From Chrysochromulina tobinii (Eukaryota), in assembly GCA_001275005.1 (NCBI GenBank), contig JWZX01003097.1, forward strand, positions 1 through 38,239: a stretch of 38,239 nt of DNA, written 5' to 3'. The notes under the pieces were generated by a model. The model was not told the origin of the DNA, did not search any database, and saw only the letters and a program-made list of their open reading frames with translations. This document shows positions 1 through 10,038 of this stretch, piece after piece. Positions within the stretch are counted from its first letter, which is position 1. Each line of letters begins with the position of its first letter. Position numbers and translations under genes: made by a program.

Positions 1-1613
1 CGTGCGCCCCACGACGCCACCGACGGCGGGCCCGCAGTGGAGGCCGACGCGGATGAGCATGTTGCCCGAGTTGGGTAGCTCGTGGCGCCCGGCGCACTCG
101 ACCATTTCGAGCGCGCAGTGCGCTATCTGCAGCGCCTGCGCGCGCGGGTCGCGCTCGCCCGAGATGCCGGCCACGCCGACGAAGGCGTCGCCCACTGTCT
201 CGAGCTTCGTCACGCCGTGCCGCTGCGCGATCTCGTCAAAGTCCGTGAAGAGGTCGTTGAGCATGGCCATCGTCTCGCGGGGTGTGATGGTGCCGACGAG
301 GTCCGTGAAGCGGACAATGTCCGTGAAGAGGAGTGTCAGTGCTCAAAGTGCTCCGCAATGTGCTCATCGCCGGCGCGCAGCATCGAGACGATGCGCCGCG
401 GCAGCATCGAGTACAGGAGGTTCTCGTTCAGTCGCTGCTGCAGCGCGATGAAGACGATGAGCAAGGTAAGGAGCGTCGCGAGGATGACGACGCCCGCGAC
501 GGCGCCGTCCTGCAGCACGGGAGACAACGAACCCGTGCGCGGCTCGATGGTGATCACCCAGGCGGACGAGTAGGCGCGCACAACACTCGAAACGGCCCCG
601 GCGTCGTACGCGCTCGTCGGCAGCGAGCCGTCACTCGACGCGACGACGAGCGAAGGCGATGCGTCCGTGCCGTCGGAGGTCTCGTCGGAGCGCGCGATGG
701 ACCACTTGTACTCGGCGCCCAGACGCTCGATGCCGGCGAGCTCGAGCAACTGGCTCCACACGACGATGATGGTGAAGAAGCCCCAGAAGCGGCGCCCGTC
801 GCCCGTGGCATTGGTGTCGCAAAGGGACGCGCCCGCCGCGGCGCTCCGCACGGCGTCGCAGCCCGTGACGGCCGTGAACGGTCCCAGCGGCGGGCCACCC
901 GGCGCGGGCGCCCAGCGGTAGCCGAGCGACCACGGGTCCGCAGCGGCCGTCGTCGAAGCGAAGAGAGGGATGCGCGAGAGCAGGGCGCTCTGGCCATACT
1001 TGCAGGAGGCGGTGCACGTCGTGAGGGGCGACAGGATGTTCTTGGGCCCCTCGATATGCAGCTGCCGCGTCGTCAACGCGAGGATGGCCGCCTGGCGCCG
1101 GTTCGCGATGATCGAGCTCGCATTGAACAAGTCGTGCCCGCCGCCGAGTAGGATGCCCGTCGCGTTGCGCCGCGCCGACACGAGGGGGTAGACGGCCGCG
1201 ACGTGGCCGCACGGCGCAATCTGGACGTCGTCGATGGCCGGCGACGCCATGACGAGCGCCGGAGCCGCGCGCGTGAACCAGTTCTGCACTGATTCGTGCG
1301 TCGGCGGCGGCCCAGACTCGACGAAGGTCGCCACCGCGAGAGACGGGTTGAGTGCGCCGCGCAAATGCGCGCCGAAGGAGACCGCGACGGAGGAAACGAG
1401 CGCCTGTGCGCGCACCTGCTGCTCGCTCGCGTATGAGGATGCGAAGTAAGTAACGACGAAGAGGCCCCCGCCGGCGAGCACCGCGAAGAGGAACGCGGCG
1501 AGGCCCCAAAAGCGGCACGGGGCCGCGCGCAACTCGCGCCAGCCGCGCCACGCCGACACGCGCGCAATGCGGGCGCGTGCAGTGGGCTTCGCCGCGCCGG
1601 TGGCACGCGTCAT
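1..1613 (-). CDS. CHASE-domain receptor class III nucleotide cyclase (guanylate-type), 3'-partial, 1-nt frameshift at ~338
   Basis: ORF 336-1613 has TM-CHASE-TM layout (VQIAPCG..VYPL, GHDLF, EGP, RIPLF, FWGF) then LLYSMLPRRIV. Shifting frame at 336-338 gives TLLFTDIVRFT...KLETVGDAF...IRVGLHCGPAVGGVVG running off the window edge; the E in ETVGD is the GTP-specifying residue. Confidence 0.88.
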
Positions 1614-2254
1614 GCGCGTGGAGGGTGGAGAATCCCGTTCATTTGAGAATCTTTCCGCAGATTACCCTTTCGTTTGCACCTGGATTTCTCATCAGCGGAA
1701 TCTGCGGAAGCTGACTTCTTAAGGCCCAACGTGCCAACATTTGACGAAACTTGGTCATGTCTAGCAGCAGTGTTATTTGCAGGATTCCTTCCGCTAATGC
1801 ACGCCGTACAGCCGAATGCCGAGATGAATCGAGTGAGTTGACGAAGCAAGAAGGCGGTACAGTTGTGCAACTTTCCGCGCTGAGCGCTACTACCCACAGC
1901 CCCCCCAACGCCGACTCCTGGCACCTCGACGGAACACGACACAATTCCCCCGGCCACAACGCGGGCCAAGAACGTAAAAGTAGGCGTAACGCGACGCGAA
2001 CCACATGCCCCGTCGCCCGTGCCCCGTCCGCGAGATCCGAGAAGACGCTCGGAGGCCCTTAGCTTATAGCTCATCCGTCCGGGCGGCTCGGTATACTCGG
2101 CAAAAGCACTGTCTCGCCGCGGCGTGCCTCGCGTATTCAACCGTCGTCTAGCTCACGGCGCGCTTCCCACTTAGCTTCCCACGGTCTCTTCTGCGTCTTC
2201 GCTTCTGACTCGCTCTACCCTGCAAAAGGACTACAAAATCTGCCGATGTAGACA

Positions 2255-3062
2255 CTAGAGCAGCGGCAAATGTCTATGTGCCGAGCCGTCTTGCCGCCAC
2301 TGCTGTAGCTGCTGCTCGAGCAGCGGGTGTAGGGTGGGGGGCTCCAGTGCCGCGCCGCGCACGGCGACCCCCTCAAAGCGGAGCCTCGTTGGCATCGGGC
2401 CACAGCGTGGGCCGCCGCTCGGGGTGGCGTAGACCCGAGATTCGCTCGAGACGTCGAGCAAGACGCCTCGGTCCATTTGCGTACCGGTACGAGTCGCGCG
2501 AGCACCGTCGACTGGCGAGGCGTCCGGCGTGGAGCCTCCCAAGGCGGCTCGGCGCTGCGGACGCAACTTGCTGCCAGTGAGTGCTGCGGGCCCTCTAGGT
2601 TGCCACCAGCCTGGGGAGGTAGGCGACCTGCCGGCCTCTCCAAGCGTGCGACAGACTAGCCGCGGGGCGGACGGTGAGCTCGGTCCCTCGCACCACTGGC
2701 CCGGCTCACAGCTGACATTCCCGCCGGATCCCTCGCACCACTGGCCCGGCGGCTTTCCCATGAAGCTCTCGCCTCCGGTAAGGTTATCCAATGCCTCGCG
2801 CGAATCCGGGCGCGGCTGCGGGGGCGGCAGCGGCTGGGGCTGGGGTAGTAGTGACGAGGTAGTGGGAGGGCTCGCGAGCACAGGCCGCGGCGGCTGCAGC
2901 TGCTGCGGCTGCGGCGCCTGCAGCTGCAGCTGCGGCGGCTGCGGCGGCTGCGGTGGCTGCGGCGGCGGCTGAGGCGGTCTTGAACGCGGCGAAAGCTGCA
3001 GCTGCTGCAGCAGGCTCGCCCACTCAGGCGAAGGTAGCGGCTGCGGCTGCGGCTGCGGCTGC

Positions 3063-3102
<40 letters not shown>

Positions 3103-4045
3103 ACAAAGCTGCTGCTCGACTCCACAAAGCTGCTGGTTTCCTCATCCTCCAGGATCTCTCGAGATCCTGCCACACCATGATGAGCTGCAGTACCCACGGC
3201 GCCTGCTTCGGGTCATCATGGCACTCGCAGCAGCAGCAGTCCGTGGCAAAGTTGACGGGACCGCCGCAGCACATGTCCTCGTCCGCGTGCTCCAGCTGCA
3301 GCCCGCTGTACACGGCGCGCAGCGCGAGGACACGGCACGCGATTGCAAATGACATCATCACCTGTATCAGGCAGAACCCGATGCCGCAGTACGCGGACAG
3401 CCTGTCGGTGCGATTGCGTTCGATCGACAATTCGAGTTGGTCCTCGTCCGCCAAGGCTTTCTTATCTGAGTCGAGCGCCTCCACTATCTGCAGGTATCCT
3501 ATGTACTGGAACAGCACGACCATCACGGGCGCAAAGATAGCCCGGTGCAGGTAGTCCATGCGGCGCAGCCAAACTTCACGCGCGAGAGCGAGATCATGGA
3601 CGAGCATCACCACGCCGAGCGCCACTGCATACTCGAACGGGATGATGAGCCCGATGGCCACCTGCCCGCAGGACACCAGCGCGGAATGCAGCGTCGCAAA
3701 AATGACCTTGCGCTCCTCGATAGTAATCGGCACGACGACGACCGATCCGTCGCCCTTGCCCTTACAGATGACGATCGTCAGAATTTGCCACCAGTTGTGA
3801 AGCCTCTGCTGCCACATCGCGAGCTGCGCTCTCCAGCGCCCACTTGTCGATTCGCCTTCCAAAGTGGGCGTGGGCTCAATGCGCTCCCAGTACCGCTGCG
3901 TGAAGGGGCGAGCCATGTGCTCGAAGGCGAGATCATCGCGGCGCGAAAACCTCAAGGACGGCGGAATGGCCGAGGAGGGCCTGCAACGGGTGGGAGGCAA
4001 ATTGGCTGGGCTGCCCAAGACGCTCGGCACCCACGATGTCGCCAT
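2255..4045 (-). CDS. Hypothetical multi-pass membrane protein with polyQ/Pro-rich tail
   Basis: Long ORF (first ATG 4045) with about 4 hydrophobic segments, a CCCCEC cluster, polyQ/QP run and a duplicated PGQWCEG peptide; no family recognised. Confidence 0.6.
3040..3100. repeat. (GCTGCG)n/(CTG)n microsatellite encoding polyQ/QP on the minus strand
   Basis: Direct reading of the sequence. Confidence 0.9.
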
Positions 4046-4256
4046 CGGTGTATGTAGCGGGGTGTGGCATAGCGGAGAGCACACCTCTCGCGCTTTTGAG
4101 TGTCCTCTGTGAAGGAGCGTCCGAGTCCCACTCTATTACGCCAGTGTGTATGTTAATTAAGAAACGGTCCGTGTAATTTCGTAAAACAAAATGATGTGAG
4201 AGTGCGGCGCCGCCACCTGGCAGCAGCGCGTCTCGCTGCTCTCGTCCCCTCGGCGG

Positions 4257-5546
4257 ATGGGCAGAAAACACCGCTCCAAGGACCGGAGGCCGAAGAGCTC
4301 GTCGCCTCGGAGCACGGACGTGCTCAAGAAGCTCGCGTCCGCCATCGCGAAGGGCGATCGCTCAAAGGCGCGGGAGCTCATTGTGGCATGCGGTGGCAGC
4401 TCCACAGGCTTGAACGCAGCACTCTGTGCGCCTCTAGAGGAGCGGCCCCACAGGGGCATAGCCGCTGGCGAGACGGTGCTGCATGTGGCGGCACGCGCCG
4501 GCGACGCGATGCTGGTCGAGCTGTTGGTTGCAGCCGGCGCTGATGTGAACCTCAAGGACTTGCAGGAGCGCACGGCCATGCACGTTGCCGGCGGCGCTGT
4601 TGCGAGAGCGCTCCTCGAGTCAGCCGAGCGGCACGGGCAGCGGGTGGATCTGGACGTCACAGATGCGACAGGCTGCTCTGTCAACGATGCCGTCTTTCTC
4701 GCGCTTCGCGATGACGACGACGTGGCCGACGAGGGCAAGGACGCCTCTGAATGGCGCCAACGTGTCGAGGCGGCGCACTCTGGCGATTACGAGGGCCTGG
4801 GGCGGAAGCATCGGCCGCGCAGCTCAGAAGAGGCGTGGCAGTCGCGGCTGCGCGAGGAGAGCTACTTCGAGGAGGCGGAGCTGCCCGGGAGTTCTAGCGG
4901 CGCCCTCGGCGGTTGGGGAGATTCTCAGGGAGATTCTCAGGGAGGCGACGAGGCCGGTGGGAGGGACGCCGAAGGCGGCGATTGGTTTAGCGAGATTGCC
5001 GCGGCGATGGCCGCGCGCCAGGCGAAGCGCGCACGCGAGGCACGCGAGAAGGCGGAGGCGACAGCGGCCGAGCGTCGGTCTGAGCGCGATCGCGGGCAGC
5101 GCGATGCACACGCAGCCTCAGCCGAGCGTCAGAAGCAAGCCGAGGCAGCGTTCGAGCGCTTCGAAGAGGCGCGCAGGCGCGCGGACGCACTCGCGCAAGA
5201 CGAGGCGCGCGCGGAGGCCCGGGCGCGCTATTTGGCCGCGTGGGTGGCCCTCGCGCCCCGCGCAGACGGCGCCGGCGCCCTGAGCGCCTCAGAGGTGCCG
5301 TGGCCCTCGAGGGTCACGCCGAGTGCAGGTAGGCCGCTCGCTCTCGACGAGGTGGCGCTTCATGTGCTCTCGCCGGAGATGGACGCGGCGGCGAGGCGGC
5401 GTGCGCTCACGACGGAGCTCCGGCGCTGGCATCCAGACAAGTTCGTGTCACGCTGGGGCGCACGGCTCCTCCACGCGGAGCGCGACGACGTGCTCGTCCA
5501 CGTCAAGCAAGTATCGCAGTGCTTGACGGAACTGCTCAGCAAGTGA
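4257..5546 (+). CDS. Ankyrin-repeat protein with coiled coil and C-terminal J-like RWHPDKF domain (NFKBIL1/IkBL-like architecture)
   Basis: GETVLHVAARAGD..LVELLVAAGADVNLKD..ERTAMHVA ankyrin repeats; VPWP...LRRWHPDKF C-terminus. Confidence 0.8.
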   Translation: MGRKHRSKDRRPKSSSPRSTDVLKKLASAIAKGDRSKARELIVACGGSSTGLNAALCAPLEERPHRGIAAGETVLHVAARAGDAMLVELLVAAGADVNLKDLQERTAMHVAGGAVARALLESAERHGQRVDLDVTDATGCSVNDAVFLALRDDDDVADEGKDASEWRQRVEAAHSGDYEGLGRKHRPRSSEEAWQSRLREESYFEEAELPGSSSGALGGWGDSQGDSQGGDEAGGRDAEGGDWFSEIAAAMAARQAKRAREAREKAEATAAERRSERDRGQRDAHAASAERQKQAEAAFERFEEARRRADALAQDEARAEARARYLAAWVALAPRADGAGALSASEVPWPSRVTPSAGRPLALDEVALHVLSPEMDAAARRRALTTELRRWHPDKFVSRWGARLLHAERDDVLVHVKQVSQCLTELLSK

Positions 5547-5614
5547 TACTGTTGGTATGTTCGTGCTCACTTCAAACTTGACACACGCACACTCTCGACC
5601 TGCTGACTTTGGGA

Positions 5615-6046
5615 TCACAGCCCTTTGCATTCACCGTATGAACAATGGTCATGACAGCTCTCCGCGTAGTACGGGAGCATATTGAGCGCATCGCAAGCAG
5701 CATGGCACTTTGCCTCCGTGCCCTGGATGCATGACGTCTGCACGCATCCGCCCATGTAGTGGACCATGCACGGGTGAGGTTTCGTGAGCTTATGCGAACC
5801 GGCTACCGTGCCGTTCGACCAAACGGCGTCCCAGGAGGTGCCGTCCCTCAAGTTATTGCAATCTTCCATCGGCAAGTCAGACCCACCACACGTCTGTGAG
5901 AGCTTGCCGTGCGGCTGGTATTCGAAATAGTTGACAATGTAGCAAGGGAATCCAGGGCATTCCCAGTCGGCCCAGTCGTCGGTCAGGTGAGCAACAGCCG
6001 CACTAACGCCGGCGATGAGGGCAAAGAGGGCGGCTGCACGTTGCAT
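5615..6046 (-). CDS. Small Cys-rich secreted protein (143 aa)
   Basis: ATG 6046 starts MQRAAALFALIAGVSA (signal-peptide-like); about 12 Cys in the mature part. Confidence 0.6.
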   Translation of the reverse strand: MQRAAALFALIAGVSAAVAHLTDDWADWECPGFPCYIVNYFEYQPHGKLSQTCGGSDLPMEDCNNLRDGTSWDAVWSNGTVAGSHKLTKPHPCMVHYMGGCVQTSCIQGTEAKCHAACDALNMLPYYAESCHDHCSYGECKGL

Positions 6047-6278
6047 CCCCCTGGAAGCCTGGATTGTCGGAGGATCGGAGGTGTTGTCGAAAAGTCGGGG
6101 TGTGAAGCAGTGTGAAGTCGCCATTTCATACCCGGAGCTTGACGGTGAGACCTACCATAATTGGTTCCTTTCCGGACGTCTTTCGCGTGTGGACGTCGGA
6201 GAGTTCACAGCGACGCTCGCACGCGTTCTTGAGGTGTTCGTGTTGTGGCTGTCGCTGACTGAAGTAGAGCCGTGTGAA

Positions 6279-7817
6279 ATGGTGAAGATATCGCTCGTGT
6301 CTTCCAGTGACGGCCATACCTCCTATCTGAACGACGCCGGCCAGTCTGTAGGCGTGCACGAATCTACATCCAGGACTCCTGCTTTGCCCAGCTCTACGCT
6401 CAGTCGTCTTGCCTCGCTCGAGGAAGCGTGCGTAAGTCCACCCTCGGCTGAGACGTGGTGGCAATTCGCACGCCATCGGAGCCGTCGCTTGTCCAAACTA
6501 ACGATTGGCGTATTAGGCAGCAGCACAACGGCCGGCTGTGGAGCGCTCTCGCCCTCGATGCGCTGTTCGATGCCTCTCTCCTGGGGCCGGCACGCCCACG
6601 ATGCACTCGCTGCTGCAATGCGACCACGAGGCATAGCAATCCAGACCAATATTTACCAGAAGAACGCAGTCGAAGCCTCATTCTTCTTCGATTGCATGAA
6701 CCAGCTCCTCCCGAAGCACCCTGATGTGGTGATTCTCGAAGTTCTTCAGAACAGGTATTCAATGGATTTGTTCTCATCCTTGAATATGACGACCACAGCT
6801 GTCCGCGAAGTGCAACCAACTGCTGCCATCATGTTTGTGGTCTGGCTGAAGCCCCAAGTTGTAGAAGAACAGCCAGCTATGTTGAAGGAATTGAGAGGAC
6901 TTGCGAGGGCCCTTGGCATCGACTTGATAGATGCACCTTCGGCGATGGCATCTCTTGGCTTTCACGTCAGAGATGTATACGCGAAGACGCCCTCCGGGAG
7001 GACTGATCATCACCCCAACGGCATGGGGCACGAGCTTATTGGTGCACTGGCAGCGCAATGCATCACGCGACGTCTTGAGAGGCAGGGGTTTATACGTGAT
7101 ACGGAAGAGCCCAGCGAGGATGTACCTTCGAATGAGGAGGGAAGTGCCAGCAACAGGAGCTCCGGCAAGAGCCACTTTCCAGAGCTCTGCTTCAGCTCGG
7201 CAGACGAACTGCCCGTGCGCTCTCAGAGCGGCTTCGTCTTGCAGGATGATGGCAAGGCCAAGGGTGTCAAGAAGCTAGGCTACTCGTCCACGAGAGTCGG
7301 TGATCGGCTCACCATCGGACCAATCAATTTGCACGTGGAGAGCGAGGGTCGAGCCCATAGTCGAGCCGGCCTGCCTGCAGGCGTGCCTGTGACGGAACTG
7401 CCTGCAGGCGTGAAGGGCTCGTGCTACCAGCACGTGCGCGTGCGGCTGGGTTATCTCGTCTCGACCTCCCAAGGAATGGGCGAGCTCCACGTCAACTGCC
7501 GGGGCGGATGCGCGTGCAGGCCTTCGAAATCCAAACTCTTGCGCACCGTGCTGCCATTTCCGAGGCTGGACGGGGATGCACGTCGCCTACCGGAATGGGG
7601 TCTTGACTCTCGTGAGACGGTCACAATGACGGCGCACACTCTCTTTATTGCATCCCTCTTCAACTTCTCCAACCACACAAGTGCCACCGTGCTCGCCGGA
7701 GAGTCGGCTTGCTACCTCGAGCTGCTACATCGCACCAGCCACGATCGCTCCAGTCGCGTGCGCGTCGATTCCTTAGCCCTGCTCGTGCACGGAGACTCTC
7801 CTGTCGTGCCATGCTAG
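6279..7817 (+). CDS. SGNH/GDSL-like hydrolase
   Basis: Block I VLGSSTTAG, block III PDVVILE..QN, block V DHHPNGMGH. Start uncertain (ORF is open from 6015, overlapping the opposite-strand gene). Confidence 0.8.
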   Translation: MVKISLVSSSDGHTSYLNDAGQSVGVHESTSRTPALPSSTLSRLASLEEACVSPPSAETWWQFARHRSRRLSKLTIGVLGSSTTAGCGALSPSMRCSMPLSWGRHAHDALAAAMRPRGIAIQTNIYQKNAVEASFFFDCMNQLLPKHPDVVILEVLQNRYSMDLFSSLNMTTTAVREVQPTAAIMFVVWLKPQVVEEQPAMLKELRGLARALGIDLIDAPSAMASLGFHVRDVYAKTPSGRTDHHPNGMGHELIGALAAQCITRRLERQGFIRDTEEPSEDVPSNEEGSASNRSSGKSHFPELCFSSADELPVRSQSGFVLQDDGKAKGVKKLGYSSTRVGDRLTIGPINLHVESEGRAHSRAGLPAGVPVTELPAGVKGSCYQHVRVRLGYLVSTSQGMGELHVNCRGGCACRPSKSKLLRTVLPFPRLDGDARRLPEWGLDSRETVTMTAHTLFIASLFNFSNHTSATVLAGESACYLELLHRTSHDRSSRVRVDSLALLVHGDSPVVPC

Positions 7818-8160
7818 TGGTGTTGCCGTAATGCGTAAACGCGTCAGCTCTGTGAGCTGAAAAGCCACGAAATGAAGGAGCTGCGTGTGGTGAGTTGTAG
7901 CGATGTTTGACAGGTTCGAAGTTCAAGTTGGCGGCGTCACTGTAATTTTTACACAAATCACAGCGGCCGTTCTATTCAACTTCATTCGCATCTGCCGTGC
8001 CATTTGCATTTCACGCTGACCGTTCGAGATCTGGGACCATCGACGTCACACGGCGCGAATTCGACTCCGGGACATCACAAATTTGCTCCACGCATACTTG
8101 TGACTTGCGCATGGGCAATCAGAAAGGTAGCTGGTAGCTGGTAGGCGCTAGCCCATTACC

Positions 8161-9627
8161 CTACGGCGGCTGCCTCGCTGTTGCTGTCCCACTGTTGCGG
8201 TCCCGCCTGCTGCTGTCGAACGTCCTCCGGAAGGCCACAGAGAGTTGCCACGGCGTCTCGGTGATAGCGAGGGCGATGGCGAAGGCAGCCATCGGTGAGA
8301 GCGGCGTGGCCCAGTCGACTGTGAAGAGGTGGTCGTTGAGTTTCCCCATTTGGAATGTGGGCGCCGTGTCGGGCGTCGTGTCAACATCGGCCCCAGCGCC
8401 GCGCGCACCAGCGCCGCCGCCACCGCCGCCGCCGCTGCTGCTGCTCGTTGCGCCATCGCTCGAGCGTGCGGTGGCACTCTCCGTGGCGGCAGTTGGCGGC
8501 GCCACGTGCTCGACGAGCTGAACATTCTTGACCGACGGCTGCGCTGCTCGCCCTTCGTAAGCCAGAGTGAAGGTGTGCAGCTCGGCATTCCACAGGGGCG
8601 CTTTGTTCGTGAGCGGCAGGACGTGCGGCAGCTCGTGCCTGCGCCAGCGCTCAAGCAGCGGCCCGTCGGCCTCGCATGCGCCACGGTACACGGCGTAATC
8701 GATCTGCTCCATTCCGCTCGTCTCCTCGCTCAAGTCGTCGTCGCAACGCTCGTCGTTCTGGGCGCGTGGCGCCGCACGGCCGCCCGGAATGAGCGCCAGC
8801 AGCCGCGGTGGCCCCGAACCCGAGAGCAACCGCGGGAAGGCCGTGCCGTGCTCGAATGAGAGCGCCAGCAGCACGCGTCGAGCGTGCTGCTCTGCGCCGG
8901 CGCTATCCCGCCCTGCGACGGCGCTATCCCTCCGCGAGAGTCCGTGATCATAGAGGACCCAATCGACGCCTCCAACGTCGGTCGCTCGCAGCTTGCCGAG
9001 GTAGTGCGGCGAGTCGCGCGCCATTGCGTCCAGCTCGTTCTCGAGCGACAGCACGAAGTAGGTCGTCGTTGAGCGCCGGAGTTTGCGAGCAGCCATCAGG
9101 AAGAGCAAATAGCCCGGAAGCTCAAGCCAGAATTCTAAGAGGACGGCGCCTTGTCGGCGCACCCGTTTGATCAGCGCCTGCATTGTCGCAGCGTGCCACG
9201 GCGGCCGCCGGAGCGCCTGGCGCAGCCCATGGAATGGCCTCGCAAACGGCGAGCACGGCAGCAGAGGAGGCGGGAATGAGAATGTTGCCGTCGTCAGCCG
9301 CCTGTGCAACACGGCCGGCAACGGATCACCGCGCTGCTCGTTCCATAGTGACGCGTCTCGCGGGTCAAACACACGTCGGACCACCGATGCTGACTCCACG
9401 TACGAGCCCGCGGGCAAAGGAGCGGGTGGAATCGGCAATGAGCTGCTGCTGCCGCCGTTCAGCGCACTGGAGCTGCCGCCGCCCCATGCAAGCATGGGTG
9501 ATTTCGGTTGCCACGCCGCCACCGGCACCGCTGCCCCGACGGCCCCCGCACCTGAGTCTTCTGAACTCTCTTTCAAGGAGTCGATCTCCACGACTGGCGT
9601 CGACGAGCAGCTTTCGCAGCTCCACAT
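8161..9627 (-). CDS. Tubby-like protein
   Basis: NKAPLWN...FTLAYEGRAAQPSVKNVQLV and FQMGK...FTVDWATPLSPMAAFAIAL are canonical Tubby C-terminal motifs; first ATG at 9627 (the listed GTG start lies in the retroelement end). Confidence 0.92.
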   Translation of the reverse strand: MWSCESCSSTPVVEIDSLKESSEDSGAGAVGAAVPVAAWQPKSPMLAWGGGSSSALNGGSSSSLPIPPAPLPAGSYVESASVVRRVFDPRDASLWNEQRGDPLPAVLHRRLTTATFSFPPPLLPCSPFARPFHGLRQALRRPPWHAATMQALIKRVRRQGAVLLEFWLELPGYLLFLMAARKLRRSTTTYFVLSLENELDAMARDSPHYLGKLRATDVGGVDWVLYDHGLSRRDSAVAGRDSAGAEQHARRVLLALSFEHGTAFPRLLSGSGPPRLLALIPGGRAAPRAQNDERCDDDLSEETSGMEQIDYAVYRGACEADGPLLERWRRHELPHVLPLTNKAPLWNAELHTFTLAYEGRAAQPSVKNVQLVEHVAPPTAATESATARSSDGATSSSSGGGGGGGAGARGAGADVDTTPDTAPTFQMGKLNDHLFTVDWATPLSPMAAFAIALAITETPWQLSVAFRRTFDSSRRDRNSGTATARQPP

Positions 9628-9728
9628 GCAATCGAGAACCAGAGAAGTGTGCTGTGCCAGAAGACCCAAACAATTCCGGAAAAGGAACGTAAGTTCCAAT
9701 GGGCTGACGGTACTGTACCGGTAATAAG

Positions 9729-9745
9729 ACACCGGGGGGAGCCGG
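9729..9745. repeat. Left inverted repeat of the retroelement-containing unit
   Basis: ACACCGGGGGGAGCCGG; reverse complement of 15746-15761 except for one extra G. Confidence 0.8.
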
Positions 9746-9971
9746 TAGGGTTCGCTGGGGGTGGCCTCTTCTGAGTCGGCCGCGGGGAGCGGTCGGCTCC
9801 CCCGCGGGCCTGTGGCTGACTGGCTGTTGAGTCGGCCGCGGCTTCGGTCGTCGCGCTGACGTGTGCGGGATGTGTGTTGTTGGTGGGTTTGGATGGTTGT
9901 GAGGTTCGTCTGCGTGGTCCGTGTGCCTTTGTGCGACCGCGTGTCCCGTGTGTGTCCCGTGTGTTAGAAGT

Positions 9972-10007
9972 CACACAGACACACATTCACATTCACATAC
10001 ACACATT
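9972..10007. repeat. (CACATT/CA)n low-complexity tract about 30 nt downstream of the retroelement stop codon
   Basis: cacacagacacacattcacattcacatacacacatt; possible microsatellite-type 3' tail. Confidence 0.6.
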
Positions 10008-10038
10008 AACACCATGGCGGGTACCGCGCGGGGGCGGT

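Noticed and set aside
9628..9732. N-terminal extension of Tubby from GTG 9732
   Set aside because: Starts inside the inverted repeat and is non-ATG in a eukaryote.
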